64,000 bases of DNA from Callorhinchus milii. Its lineage: Eukaryota. How positions within the stretch are numbered: the first letter of the stretch is position 1; each line of letters starts with the position of its first letter. The notes beneath the pieces were generated by a model. It worked only from the letters and a program-made list of their open reading frames with translations, ran no database searches and was not told where the DNA came from. Shown piece after piece: positions 52,551 to 64,000 of this stretch. The position numbers and the translations under genes were made by a program. The stretch spans positions 77,936,001 through 78,000,000 of the forward strand of contig NW_024704743.1 in NCBI RefSeq assembly GCF_018977255.1, read 5' to 3'.

Positions 52551-53139
52551 GTGTGCTTAACTCTCACTGGAGTTGAAACTTGGAATGTGGGTCTCTCAGA
52601 CTGACTTGGATAGTCTTAAGCACAGGTTTTACATGCGTTTTGGGCAAAGTAAAATCTCTCAATACATTTTTTTTTACTCTTTTGTGAATGATCAATTTTG
52701 AAAATGGAAAATTGTAATAAATAACTTGAATTACTTAGCCACTGAAGCATTCCAAATTATTTGTTTATTTTCTGATCTGATTGAATTGAACCAATCCAAG
52801 GTGCATAAAGTTTGTAAGACCCTAAAATATGGATGTCTGTTGCAAATCACTGATACAAATTTAGAGGCTCAATGATGCAGAAAATATTATTTGAATGAAT
52901 AGGTATACAATGAATATTACAAAGTTGTCACCTCGATGTGGAAATGTTTATAAAGACAATGTGAGACAATGATGTTTTCACATGTTTGACAGATATCTAA
53001 TTATCTGATCGGAAAATCTGGTAGGAATAATAGCTTGGTTTGTTGATTCAAGTGAATGCTAAAGATTCCAGAAAGAGAAGGGAGTTTTCCCTAATGTTCT
53101 GGCTAACTAACCTCCACATAAATGGGCCATTCACTTAAG

Positions 53140-53400
53140 AATAAGAATAATAATCCTTGTATTTAATATAGCACCTTATCACGTCTTCGAGACGTCTCAA
53201 AGTGCTTCACAGAATATACTGTAAAATAAATTCACTGTACATTTAGTGAGCGAAATGCGGCAGCCAATTGCGCTCAGCAGTGTCCCACAAACAGTCGTGG
53301 ATTGAGTGACCAAATCATTCCTTTTTTTATTTTTGAAGGGATTATAACCCCTGGAAAAGTGATCCGCCAAACGACTAACAACCAGGTTCCTAATTACTGC
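53140..53400 (-). mobile_element. Deu-domain SINE, long form, 5'-truncated, nested in an older SINE
   Basis: Reverse match to 27780-28040. CACTTA is repeated at 53132-53137 and 53400-53405. Confidence 0.82.
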
Positions 53401-53677
53401 ACTTATTTGTGCAATACTACTGTGAGCAAATTGGTTGCGATGTTTGCCTTCAAATAGTCACTATATTTGACAGCAATTATCTGTGAAGCCCTTTGAGTCA
53501 TTTTGATGTTCATAGAATCATAGAATGTTACGGCACAGAAGGAGGCCATTTGGCCCATCGAGTCTGTGCGGCTCTTTGACAGAGCAACTGACTTTTATTA
53601 ACCCCATTCACCAGCCTTCTCCCCATAACCCTGCAAACCTGTCTTCTCCAGATACCTATCCATGTTACAGGTACTTT

Positions 53678-53997
53678 GTGGAGTGCTGTGGCTCAGTGGT
53701 TAGAGCACTCGCTTTGCAAGTGAGAGACCTGAGTTCAATTCCAGGCAGAGGGCGAAACCTTGGGCAAGTTTCCTTACTCCACACAGAGCCTAATAATAAT
53801 CCCTCCAAAACAAAACAATAATAAATGGTCATTTTCAATCTACGACTGTTTGTGGGACATTGCTGTGCGCAATTGGCTGCTGCGTTCGCCCACAAATATA
53901 CAGTCAATTCACTTTACAGTGTGTTCTGTGAAGCGCTTTGGGACGTCCTCCCGACATGAAAAGCGCTATATCAAATGCAAGGATTATTATTATTATT
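53678..53997 (+). mobile_element. Full-length Deu-domain SINE, short form
   Basis: Near-identical to 57332-57660. TACTTT flanks both sides. Confidence 0.93.
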
Positions 53998-55064
53998 ACT
54001 TTATCAAATGCAAGTATTATTACTTGTCAAACTTTACAAGTAAAACAACAGCTCATTGTTGGAGATGCTTTATACAGTAATGGGATGCCTCAAACTGGAA
54101 AGAGAGGTGATTATACAGCTGGAAGTATCATCAATCTTTATTTTTGATACTAGGTACAAAACTTTTGATGGTCGAGAAAACGTTGTGAATGATCTTGTGT
54201 GACCCCTGCAGTGAACGTCTATTGGATTTTATGGAGCATTTTTGCAGCTTTTCCACTTTTTAAAATCTACTTGTTATTAATGGGCTTTGATATTGTGCTA
54301 ACTGACAAGAGCTGCCCAAAGCCATTCTGTATGTGGAAAAAGAGCTCTGATCAGTATTATAGAGTGGTTCAATTACCTCTCCAGCAAGACAATTTATAGT
54401 AATACATAAGCATGAACAGACCTATGTTCATGCTTATGTATTACTGAAAACTCTCATCTTTATAAATCGTATAATCACCTAAGTCATACATTCACCCTAG
54501 TCCCATTGACTTTTCTATCAAAACCACTTAGATATCTTTGCACTACTCATATCACCTCCTAACTCGTAATGCCACTCCCCTAGCCTTCATTAAGCCCACA
54601 CTTACCGACTGCTTTGATTCGCAGGAAATTACATCCTGACCTATTAACACATGCGCATTTACTGGCCAGCTGCATTGAATCGCAGGAAACTTGGTCTTGA
54701 TCCATTGACCCATATGCAGAACTTAATTTCCCGCAATTCAATGCAATTCCAATAGTTGCTGATAAGTACGCATTGAATAGCGGGAATTATAGTCTTGACC
54801 CATTTACTGTATGCACACTAACTGCCCACATTAAATTATGCATGTGCAGTGTAGATCATTGATTAAATCATGCTCCGCCATTGCCAAGCGCTCTGGGACA
54901 CTAACCTGCATGAGGGGCGCTATACAAATGCAAATTGTTTTTGTAATCGGATTTTCTATAATTTATACAGGTTGCCTGCAAATCGGACTTCACATAAGAT
55001 TTGTAATGCTGTTTCGCTGAATTTGGTAAAGATTACCACTCCATTTCTGTGCCTTGCTTTTCAG

Positions 55065-55219
55065 AATTCCCTGGAAAACATATATGCTCATAGCGTTTCT
55101 AACAATGTGTACGATGGGCTTGTCAAACACCTCCCTTGGTTATCTGAATTATCCAACTCAAGTAATCTTTAAATGCTGCAAGCTGATTCCTGTTATGATA
55201 GGAGGAGTCTTCATACAAG
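55065..55219 (+). CDS. SLC35B3: SLC35B3 coding exon 3 (155 nt)
   Basis: Acceptor TTTTCAG|A. Encodes (R)IPWKTYMLIAFLTMCTMGLSNTSLGYLNYPTQVIFKCCKLIPVMIGGVFIQ. Donor G|GTACAT, phase 1. This frame is not in the ORF track; I translated it by hand. Confidence 0.96.
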
Positions 55220-55646
55220 GTACATAAAAGTAGAATAATTCCTACGTATTCCTGAATTTGTTGCTGAAATGTACTGATTTTGAAAGTGTTTCATAATTTG
55301 TAAAGCGTGTATACATGCTTAATAAGTTAACATATATGAAGTTCATAATTAGTCAATTTTTCCACTCACCTGACGGTACTCTGCTGGAGTAGATTCAACA
55401 GGCATCCAAATACTCAATTGTCATGTTTGTGCCTATATGTTTGTGCATTTTAATACCTTGGATATGTGGTGTGTGTGGGGTAGTGAGAGAATCTCAGCCA
55501 AGAGTGATCCTAGTTGGGGGTTAATAAATTGGAGTTCTGTCTTTTTGCTTTTTGTCTCGCTTTCCCTTCCTCTTTCCACCCCCCCTTCACCCCCCTGAAT
55601 TGTTTAGGCTAATTGTGGTGCCCTTTCTGCCATCTTGATAGGAATA

Positions 55647-55826
55647 CAGTAAACTCCTGATAACTTGACCCTGGCTAACTTATCACTACCACTTAGGTCA
55701 TCATGGGATTAATATCCAGTTGCATTTATTTATGTATTTATACATATGCCTAACTGGCCACTCTGGATAACTCGTCACTGTGCCCCATTCCTTTGGACCA
55801 ATGAGTTATCTATCAGGAGCTTACTC
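55647..55826. mobile_element. pogo/Tigger-like MITE (180 nt)
   Basis: TA|CAGTAAACTCCTGATAACT ... AGTTATC(TATC)AGGAGCTTACTC|TA: imperfect terminal inverted repeats starting CAGT, flanked by TA. Confidence 0.65.
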
Positions 55827-57331
55827 TAATATGATTGAGGTTTTATATTAAAGGAAATCAACATGGAATACACATAGGGATTGACTCTTCCCTTTAAAGG
55901 GTCAGCCCAGAGCAAGAGGAAATATCTTAAAATTAGAACAAAAATGATTAAAAATAAATCCAAATATTTGTTGACATAGAATGGAAAGTGCACTGTCTCC
56001 AGGAGACTGTAAGTATAGACTCTAACATTTGCTTAAATTCTCGCTGAAAATAAATTCAGTTCCATCTATAAAATCCCTCTCAAATGTATTTAAAAGAGAT
56101 ATCGGTGGTAGATCTGTGGGAGATGTATATGTGGAAGAAACTGGGTGCACAAGTCATGTTACAGATTTTTGTAAATCTGGAAAGGATTGAAAGTTTTTTT
56201 TTGGAGGGGAAGGACAAACATTCCAATGACTTCATGTAATTGAAAAGCTTCATAAGGGAAGAGTAGATAAATCATCTTGTGACAAATGCATAAAATCAAA
56301 TAAACTGGGGTTGGGGTTCCAGAAGACACAGGCCATCAGTGAGAGAACTTTAGAGTGAGTGTAATACAGTTTGGCTGGATGATTATGTAGTACCGTGATA
56401 AGTGGAAAATATTGCACTGGTGGTATTCTCCGAATTGGCTGTGAACAATGGGATATCTTGAGACAAAATAAACGCTGAGGTGTAATGCTGAGATTGCAGA
56501 CCTGTTGCATATAATTTGAAGTTATGCTAGGATTGCTAACTATTGGAAAGCAGTAGAATATTGTGCACAATTTCATATGCCAGCAAAATAAGAATAGATC
56601 AGAATCTAAAATGTGTATCTTGGGACATCTGTCCAGAATGGTATTGGCAAAAAGACTTACACAGACATGGAAGTCCAGTTCAGTGTGATCTGTCTCCCAG
56701 TGGGAGAAGGCATTAGAAGAAATATTAACTTGGAACGATTTATACAGGTGCTATACAGGGGAAACTGAAGCTATTTGATCCAATTTGGGAGGGATTTTGA
56801 AAGCCCATAGGCATAGGAAGCTATGGGCTTCTGTGTGCTGATGTGTAATAATCCACTGAAGGGGAGGGTGGGGGGCAGAAAAAAGCCTGACATTGCAAAG
56901 GATTTTGAAGGAAGTTCTTCTCAATTGTAGCTTTTTTTTGTTTTGATTGGTTTAACTTTACTTAAGATTCATTTTTTTCCCCACTTTTTGTTGGAGATTG
57001 GAAGGATGTAAGATTATTCAATTTTACAATTTGGGATCATCCTGTATGTAAAACTGCAACAAAGGTGATTTTGGTTCCTCATAATGCTTCAGTACTGTAT
57101 GCAATAACAATAACTTGCATATATATAGTGTCCTTCACAGAGGATAGGGTCTTGGAGTGCTGAGAATGTAGAATAATATATTATTAACAAACTGCAATAG
57201 TACAGCAGATCCTTGCCAGGTTCAAAAATTGTTGATCTGAGTTAAATTTTCTACTCCAGCACTGATCACAAATTCAGCTGACAAATTAATTTGTTCAAAT
57301 CATCTTGTTTGTACATAGAATATTATTTCTA

Positions 57332-57660
57332 TGGAGTCCTGTAGCTCAGTGGTTAGAGCACTCGCTTTGCAAGCGAGAGACCTGAGTTCAATTCCAGGCA
57401 GAGGGCGAAACCTTGGGCAAGTTTCCTTACTCCACACAGAGCCTAATAATAATCCCTCCAAAACCAAAAACAATAATTAAAAAAATTGGTCATTTTCAAT
57501 CTACGACTGTTTGTGGGACATTGCTGTGCGCAATTGGCTGCCGCGTTCGCCCACAAATATACAGTCAATTCACTTTACAGTGTGTTCTGTGAAGCGCTTT
57601 GGGACGTCCTCCCGACGTGAAAAGCGCTATATCAAATGCAAGGATTATTATTATTATTAT
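57332..57660 (+). mobile_element. Full-length Deu-domain SINE, short form
   Basis: Intact A and B boxes, Deu body, L2-like tail, (ATT)n. Confidence 0.93.
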
Positions 57661-59499
57661 TTGGCATCCATCTTATTGGGCTACGGAATCCCAAGTATTA
57701 GAAAAATGTGTATTGTGACAAAATAATAATGACATTTCTATAGAGATTTTGGTCTTGGCAATTGGCAAGCTGAATAACACTGACAACAAACTTGAACAGG
57801 ATGTTGAACCAGTTTTACTCAATTAGAATTGTGAATTTGTGGTGGTAGCCGAACACAGCAGTCAGTTTTTACACAGCAGTGTTCCAAAAGCAGTCAGGGT
57901 GTGCATGGCCACTGAACTGAGGGATTGTTGGCCAGGACACTGGCAAAAACTCGCTCTTCTTTTTGAATGTTATCATGGGTTCTTTAAAATCCACTTAAAC
58001 AGGTAGATGAGACCTCATCTTGTCTGAAGGATGGCATCTCAAACAATGCATCGCTCCCCCTCCCTGTCCTGGCGTGTCAGGCTGGAACACGATCTTAAAA
58101 TACACACACAAGACTTCATCCCACTATTTTCTGACCCAAAGATGAGAGTACTATCAATTGAACCAAGTTGCTGAAAACTTGCATTTAAGGTGGACCCCTA
58201 GTTACACTCAATAATAACTAAGGCAAATACTGGAACTTCAGGCTGATTTAACAGAGTATCCAAAGCCAAATCCATAGCGGGCTAGCAGTCTTGGCTAACA
58301 TTCCAAGGTAATTCTATGGGAGATTCATTTCAGGGGAAGCTAAAGATCCCAAGCAACTCTTTCAAAAGAGAAGGGAGTTTCCTCTGGTGTCCTGGCCAAC
58401 AATCCTACAGCTAAATTTCTCATTCACTTCATAGCTGTATGTGGGGTATTGCTGTGCTGCTGTGTTCAGTACAAATAGACAGTCACTATGCTTCATTTGT
58501 TGCAGGGCTTTGGTATGTTTTTCTAAGTTAGGGCGCTATATCAAATGCAAGGATTATTATTGTAACTGGTAGAGAGATGGGATCAGAGATGAGAGGGCAA
58601 GTGGAGTGGTGGATAATTGAGATTCTGTTATTTTTTAATTAGAAAACTGTTTTGTGTTTTCTGTAAGCAATGCACATGCATTCCGTAAACGTTTTTTAAC
58701 CATAGTGTTTTGAAATTTTCAATTTGAGTAGTTTACTAATAACATTAATTCTCCTGTGATCACTTAGATTGAATTTTTCATAATACCTCAATTTAATCCA
58801 AACCACAGCTCGTGTGCAAATCCTTGACTGTACAGCACCTTGGGACGTCTTCCAATGTGAAATGCAATTTGTTGTTGTTGTTTACTCTGCAAATTGTGCT
58901 CTTATGCACCTCATTTTATTTAATTTCCCTTTATTAATACTGTATATTATAAATTTATGAATAGAAGAATGTGATATGCACTATTATGAATTTTGTAAAG
59001 AAGACATCCAGTATATTGTAGCGTTGCTATTATTAAAAAGGCTACAATAAATAACATATAAAATACAAACTAATTTATCTTTTAGCAAAACAAAACATTC
59101 TATAATAATCCATTTGAAGTGCTCCTAAAGCTTTAGCTCATTTCTATGTCATGACAGGAAAAGATTAATGTTGTAGTCAGGTTTATCTTGTATTATTGTG
59201 AAGGCCTACCCTGGTTCAATTAGGAACTGAGTACATGCAACAGTTTAAGAGGTTCTACAGGTAAAATGCAAGTGAAGGCTTACAGGTGATTTTTTTTCAT
59301 TTTGAATTTAAACACTTATTTAATTTTTCAATACAAGGTTTACTAGCAATATTTAACTTGTACCACTCAGTGTTCGTCAATGCTTGCATGTTCTCTATTC
59401 CATCAGTACCTAATACTGTAGTAAGTTCCAAGGCTTATAAATAGGAAATATGTCCCATGTAACCACAGTATTTTTATTCTGTTTTATTTGCTACAACAG

Positions 59500-59607
59500 G
59501 GAAGCGCTACAATATTGTAGATGTATTTGCTGCATTATTCATGACCCTTGGTCTAATTTGGTTCACTTTGGCTGACAGCAAAGTGGCACCCAACTTCAAT
59601 ATGACAG
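59500..59607 (+). CDS. SLC35B3: SLC35B3 coding exon 4 (108 nt)
   Basis: Acceptor CAACAG|GG. Encodes (G)KRYNIVDVFAALFMTLGLIWFTLADSKVAPNFNMT. Donor G|GTAAGA, phase 1. Confidence 0.96.
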
Positions 59608-61952
59608 GTAAGACATGTAATTTCTGTTGTGGCCAAGAAGCCTCAATTAAGTAATTAAACCTTCGCTACTTTTATAATTCTTCTGAATAAGTTTTCCCTC
59701 TGGGTTGTTTGTATAACCTGGAGATAATTTGATGGTTCAGAGCTGAGAATCTGTACATTTACCCACTTGTTTGATTTATCGCAATTTATGTCTGGACTTG
59801 CATTACTGGAACTCGGTATTTGCAAACTCTCTTGAATTCTTGTTCACTGTCTTCTGTCCATCAGTCTTATATATTTTTATAGGTCTAACAATTAGCTTTG
59901 TGGAGGAACAGTACAATTGAAATTCAGCATGCCATTATGCTGGATTTCCCAAATCACAAGCACATACCTAATCTTCCAGTGCATAAAATGAAAGTATTTT
60001 AAGAACCTACATAATGAACTTCTTTCCAGATGCTTTTTGTTTGACTTAAAAGAACTTAAGTGTATTTTTTGGGGAAAAAAACAGAAAGCAATTCAATATT
60101 GGCTGTAAACCTTGCAGGTAGCTTCTGGGCATTTGAACGTTTTGTATAAACTGTTTTGATATACTGAGTATTAACTTTCAGATGGTGAATACACATGAGG
60201 TCAAGCGCCTGAGGGTAGGCATAGTGGCTGACAGTCATTTCAGAGACTAAATTTACTTTCCTGGCTGATATTTGCTACTATTTTGGTATCACTGACACAT
60301 GAAATAAAATGGAAGCACTTGCATTTTCACTGACCAGCAGTTTCCTTGGAGAGGAGAAAATGCCTTGGTAGCCATATAATCCTGAGTAAATCTGATTTGC
60401 ACTGGACAGTTTTGCCTTGAGAGCAAAATTCTACTTTTTAAATACAGCAGGTTATGTGCTATTGTATAATAAAACTAACGTTAGAGAAAAAGCTGGTGAA
60501 AACAATCATGGGGGAACGAGAAAGAAATAGTCGTTCAGTCGTGGAATCAGACCTAGACTACCCTATTTCTGATCCATTTCGATTAATTTTACTTATGATT
60601 ATTTCTCGAATAAAATAAGTGCCTTCAAATGAATGTGTTGGAGCTGTAGAGGACAAGTTGTAAGATTTAGAATATAGTATTGGGATCATTTCATGAAAAT
60701 ATTGGACCATTTACAGTGTGTTTTATGGTAATGTGAATCTGGTGTTGATTTAGATTGCACTGCTGAGTAAAAGAGTAGAGCAGTAAACCCCAGGGTGTGA
60801 TTTTTTTTAACCATTCAAAATGGAGTTCAAAGTCTCTTCTCATCTAGTAATACACTGTGACTGAAAGGCAAAGGTAAACCATTGTAACTGGAGATTTCAT
60901 AAGATGCCTTTAAACTACGTTGGGTCCATTCAACCAATGGTGTTCAGTGACTTAGTACTGTGCTGCCTAATATTTTGTTTACACTGCTTAGTTTTTGTTT
61001 CAGAAATTAAACTTATAATTGTGTTTCATTATAACCATCCAGTTTTAATTTTATTTAATTCAGTATTTTGATGTACTGTAGTCTGAAAAATATTTTAACC
61101 TGCTCTTGACTACATCACTAAGAATGTTTAGTAACACAGTAAAAATAGCACCAGTTCTGTCTTTATAAATTGCCTAAGTTGTACTTGCACCTGAGTCCCA
61201 ATCAGTTTCTTACCAAAAACTGCTCAGATTTCTTTGCACTTGCCTTACTTTACAAGCTGGATAAACAATTAAATCGTAATGGTTTCTTGGTCCCAAATAA
61301 TCCTAAATCCTATGCAAATCATCTAACTCGTAACACCTCTACCACACTTTCCGGCTCCATTGAAGTACAACATGTGCAGTGTTCCATTTGAAACAAGTGT
61401 GGAAAACAAAGTTTTGACCCATCACCATATGTGCATCAGGTTTAGATTTACAGACGGTTTCAGTTTTCAGTGCATACACAACAGCAATATCAATATCAAG
61501 CTAGTATCAAATGTTTACAATTTCTGAAATGTTTAAAATCCCTGACCTCCACCATTTGGTATCCAGATTGAAAAGGATGCCAATCAGCACCACCTCAGGG
61601 TCAGGCATTTGCTTATTTTTCCAGTGATTTTTTTTCTTTTATCTCCCAAGTAGTGTAATTTACTCATTTGTAATGAAAATTGTTGTGATAATTTCTTTAA
61701 CACAAATTGCTTATTAGGTAGATAATATTATGTAAGGTTATTAAGGGAAATACTGTACTTGGTCTACACTGTAAACTAACAAACTTAGTGGAAGCTTAAT
61801 TAGTTTTACTATGTATACATGCATTGCTACCTTTGTTCTCTTAAAGGATTTAAAACTTTAAATTATTCCCAACATTCATTTATTATTGTTGACCTGTATT
61901 TTGCAGTTAGTTACTGATATGCTCTGGGTCACAAGACTTTTGTATTTTACAG

Positions 61953-62050
61953 GCATAATGCTTATTTCAATGGCACTCTGTGCCGATGCAGTTATTGGAA
62001 ACGTGCAGGAGAAAGCTATGAAAATACATAATGGTTCAAATTCCGAAATG
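61953..62050 (+). CDS. SLC35B3: SLC35B3 coding exon 5 (98 nt); remaining exons lie beyond the window
   Basis: Acceptor TTTTACAG|GC. Encodes (G)IMLISMALCADAVIGNVQEKAMKIHNGSNSEM. Donor ATG|GTAAGT, phase 0. Confidence 0.96.
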
Positions 62051-62829
62051 GTAAGTGATTTAAGTCCATACTTCAGTCAGTTATTTCAGTAGTTTTCTCA
62101 ATGTTTGTTTCTACTATTTCCACTTGTACTGGCAAATGCAAATCATGTATTTGCCAAAACAATGGAATTGCAATTTCTTCTAAACCTAAGAACTGATGGT
62201 GTGTTATAAATAAAAAAAAACACACACTTTAGTTGGCAACATTGTCAACATTGTCTTCTTAGTCAGGACTAAATATAGTTTTTTGTTTGTCTGGTTATGA
62301 TGCTGGTGTAGCAGTATAAAATGGCATGGGTCATTCTGTTTTTGTAACTCTTGTGCTGAAGAGACTCAAATTGCAGTGTCCAATATGTTTTATTTGATTT
62401 AAAAACTCTGATTTTGTAATTTTATTTTGTGCAATTGTTAAATCGTATGCCAAAACACCGTAGAGTGGAAAAGATGAAACTAAAATAGTAATATGTCTGA
62501 TATTAATAATGAAGTCTCTTAACTGCATCAGAGGTTGGTAATAGCTGGAAGATTGAAACTCTTTAGTTAACATTGCCTATTATCCATTTCAGGGTGCACT
62601 GCAAATAGTTTTTGATTAGTCAAATGTATACTGAATCCTCTATGTTTCCCAGTCAAAACTATGTTTTTAATTCTTTGAAATCATAGCATTTACTAACGTT
62701 CTGTAATTTGTACCTCTGCAAGAACTATTTTAAACTCATCATGAAGGGACTTCACTTGCTCAATTTTTCTGACTTGTGGACATTGTTATAATTTTTGCTA
62801 AATTGTTTTAGTGTAGGTGTACACCTGAG

Positions 62830-63835
62830 GGTCCGGGTCTAGTCTAGTCTGATCCCTCCTCCTTGAATGGCTTTCCTTTCTCCATGGAACTGTACTTTCC
62901 TGGTTCAAAACCTACATGACCCACCACCTCCAATTTGTCAGTTCCCCTCCTGCCCTCTAATGGTCAACTAAAGAGTATCTCAGAGCTCTATCCTCGGTCC
63001 TCTCCTTTTCCTTGCCTACATGCTCCATGTTTGTGACATCATATGCAAACATGGAGTTAACTTATACACAAATGACACTCAAATCTACTTTGCCACTTCT
63101 ACCCTTGATTCCAGATTCAATGATGTTCTGTCTGACTGACTGTCAGACATTTAAGCTTGGATGAACCTCAATTTCTTGCAGTTCAACATGGATAAGATGG
63201 ACGCCTATCCTCCTTGGCTCTAACCAACATCACTTTTGGTTCTTACCTCCAGAACTTCTCTGGCCTTTCTGAAACTCACCAAAACAATGCGCAGTCTTGA
63301 CGTTTGATTTGATCAGCAGCTCTCGTTTTCACATTCAGTCCCTCACCAAGATCACTTCAACTTTACCACATTGGCTGTCTATGTTCCTATGCAACACAGA
63401 ACCCTCATTCATTCCTTTGTTACCTCTCTCTCTAATTCACTCCTCTCTGTTCTCTCTATTTCCACAATTTCCAGCTGATTCAAAACTCCACCACTTACAT
63501 TCTCACCCAAAGTTACGTGCCCATCACCGCAATCCTCGCTAGGCTTCACTGTCTGCCAACAGATTCATTTCAAAGTAATCACCTATAAATCCTTTCACAC
63601 CCAGGCACCTCCCTATCTCATCTTCTCGAACCCACCTTACTCAGCAAACTCAAGTCTGCTTTGTGACACTCCCACTCATTCTAAATCCCTCCTTCTAACC
63701 CTCCATCTCTGTCTTTAAAACCCACCTGAAAAATCTACCTTTTCAACCATGCCTATGGTCGCTTCTCTCCTCCCCGTCTGACACCTCAGATGTTATCCTA
63801 TGTGAAGGGTGCTATATCATTGCAAGTTGTTGTTG
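62830..63835 (+). mobile_element. Old L2 LINE fragment
   Basis: Degenerate TATCCTCGGTCCTCTCCTTTTC, TACACAAATGACACTCAAATCTAC (YADDTQLY-like) and a GCAAGTTGTTGTTG tail. Confidence 0.75.
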
Positions 63836-64000
63836 AGTGTTGTATGTTATCCAGTGAAAGAATAATAACACAACTCAACATTGTTTTCTGTATAAGTAAG
63901 CTAATACAGGATAGAAGATAACTGCATACAGTTGCTTATTTTCTAGTTTGTATGTGACTGCATAAAATTGTGCACTTTGGTAATAGACTAAATGAGCATA

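Noticed and set aside
53760..54080. Recurring peptide WDIAVRNWL...KCKDYYYY
   Set aside because: Translation of SINE copies, not a gene family.
56801..56830. 10-bp hairpin AAGCCCATAG/CTATGGGCTT
   Set aside because: Short, and it appears to lie in the 3'UTR of a decayed CR1; there is no independent support.

Overview
Repeat-rich vertebrate genomic DNA. The SINE/LINE repertoire points to a cartilaginous fish, probably a chimaera such as elephant shark (inference). The only host gene is SLC35B3 (PAPST2, Golgi PAPS transporter) on the + strand. It has a CpG-island promoter at about 45.3-45.85 kb and five coding exons that I traced through GT-AG junctions in phase (45553/45604-45819, 48298-48419, 55065-55219, 59500-59607, 61953-62050); the gene continues beyond the window. 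The first 45 kb hold no recognisable gene and are filled with decayed CR1 LINEs, old and young L2 LINEs, two families of tRNA-headed Deu-domain SINEs, an L1/Tx1-like relic, a probable I/Nimb relic and short hairpins; the introns carry the same families plus a second L1/Tx1-like relic and a pogo/Tigger-like MITE. I see no convincing novel protein-coding system. The most system-like signal is a SINE-L2 partnership: a shared 3' tail, a modular SINE body in long and short forms, and nested insertions that create inverted repeats in the SLC35B3 pre-mRNA. Family names come from recalled motifs, not from database searches.
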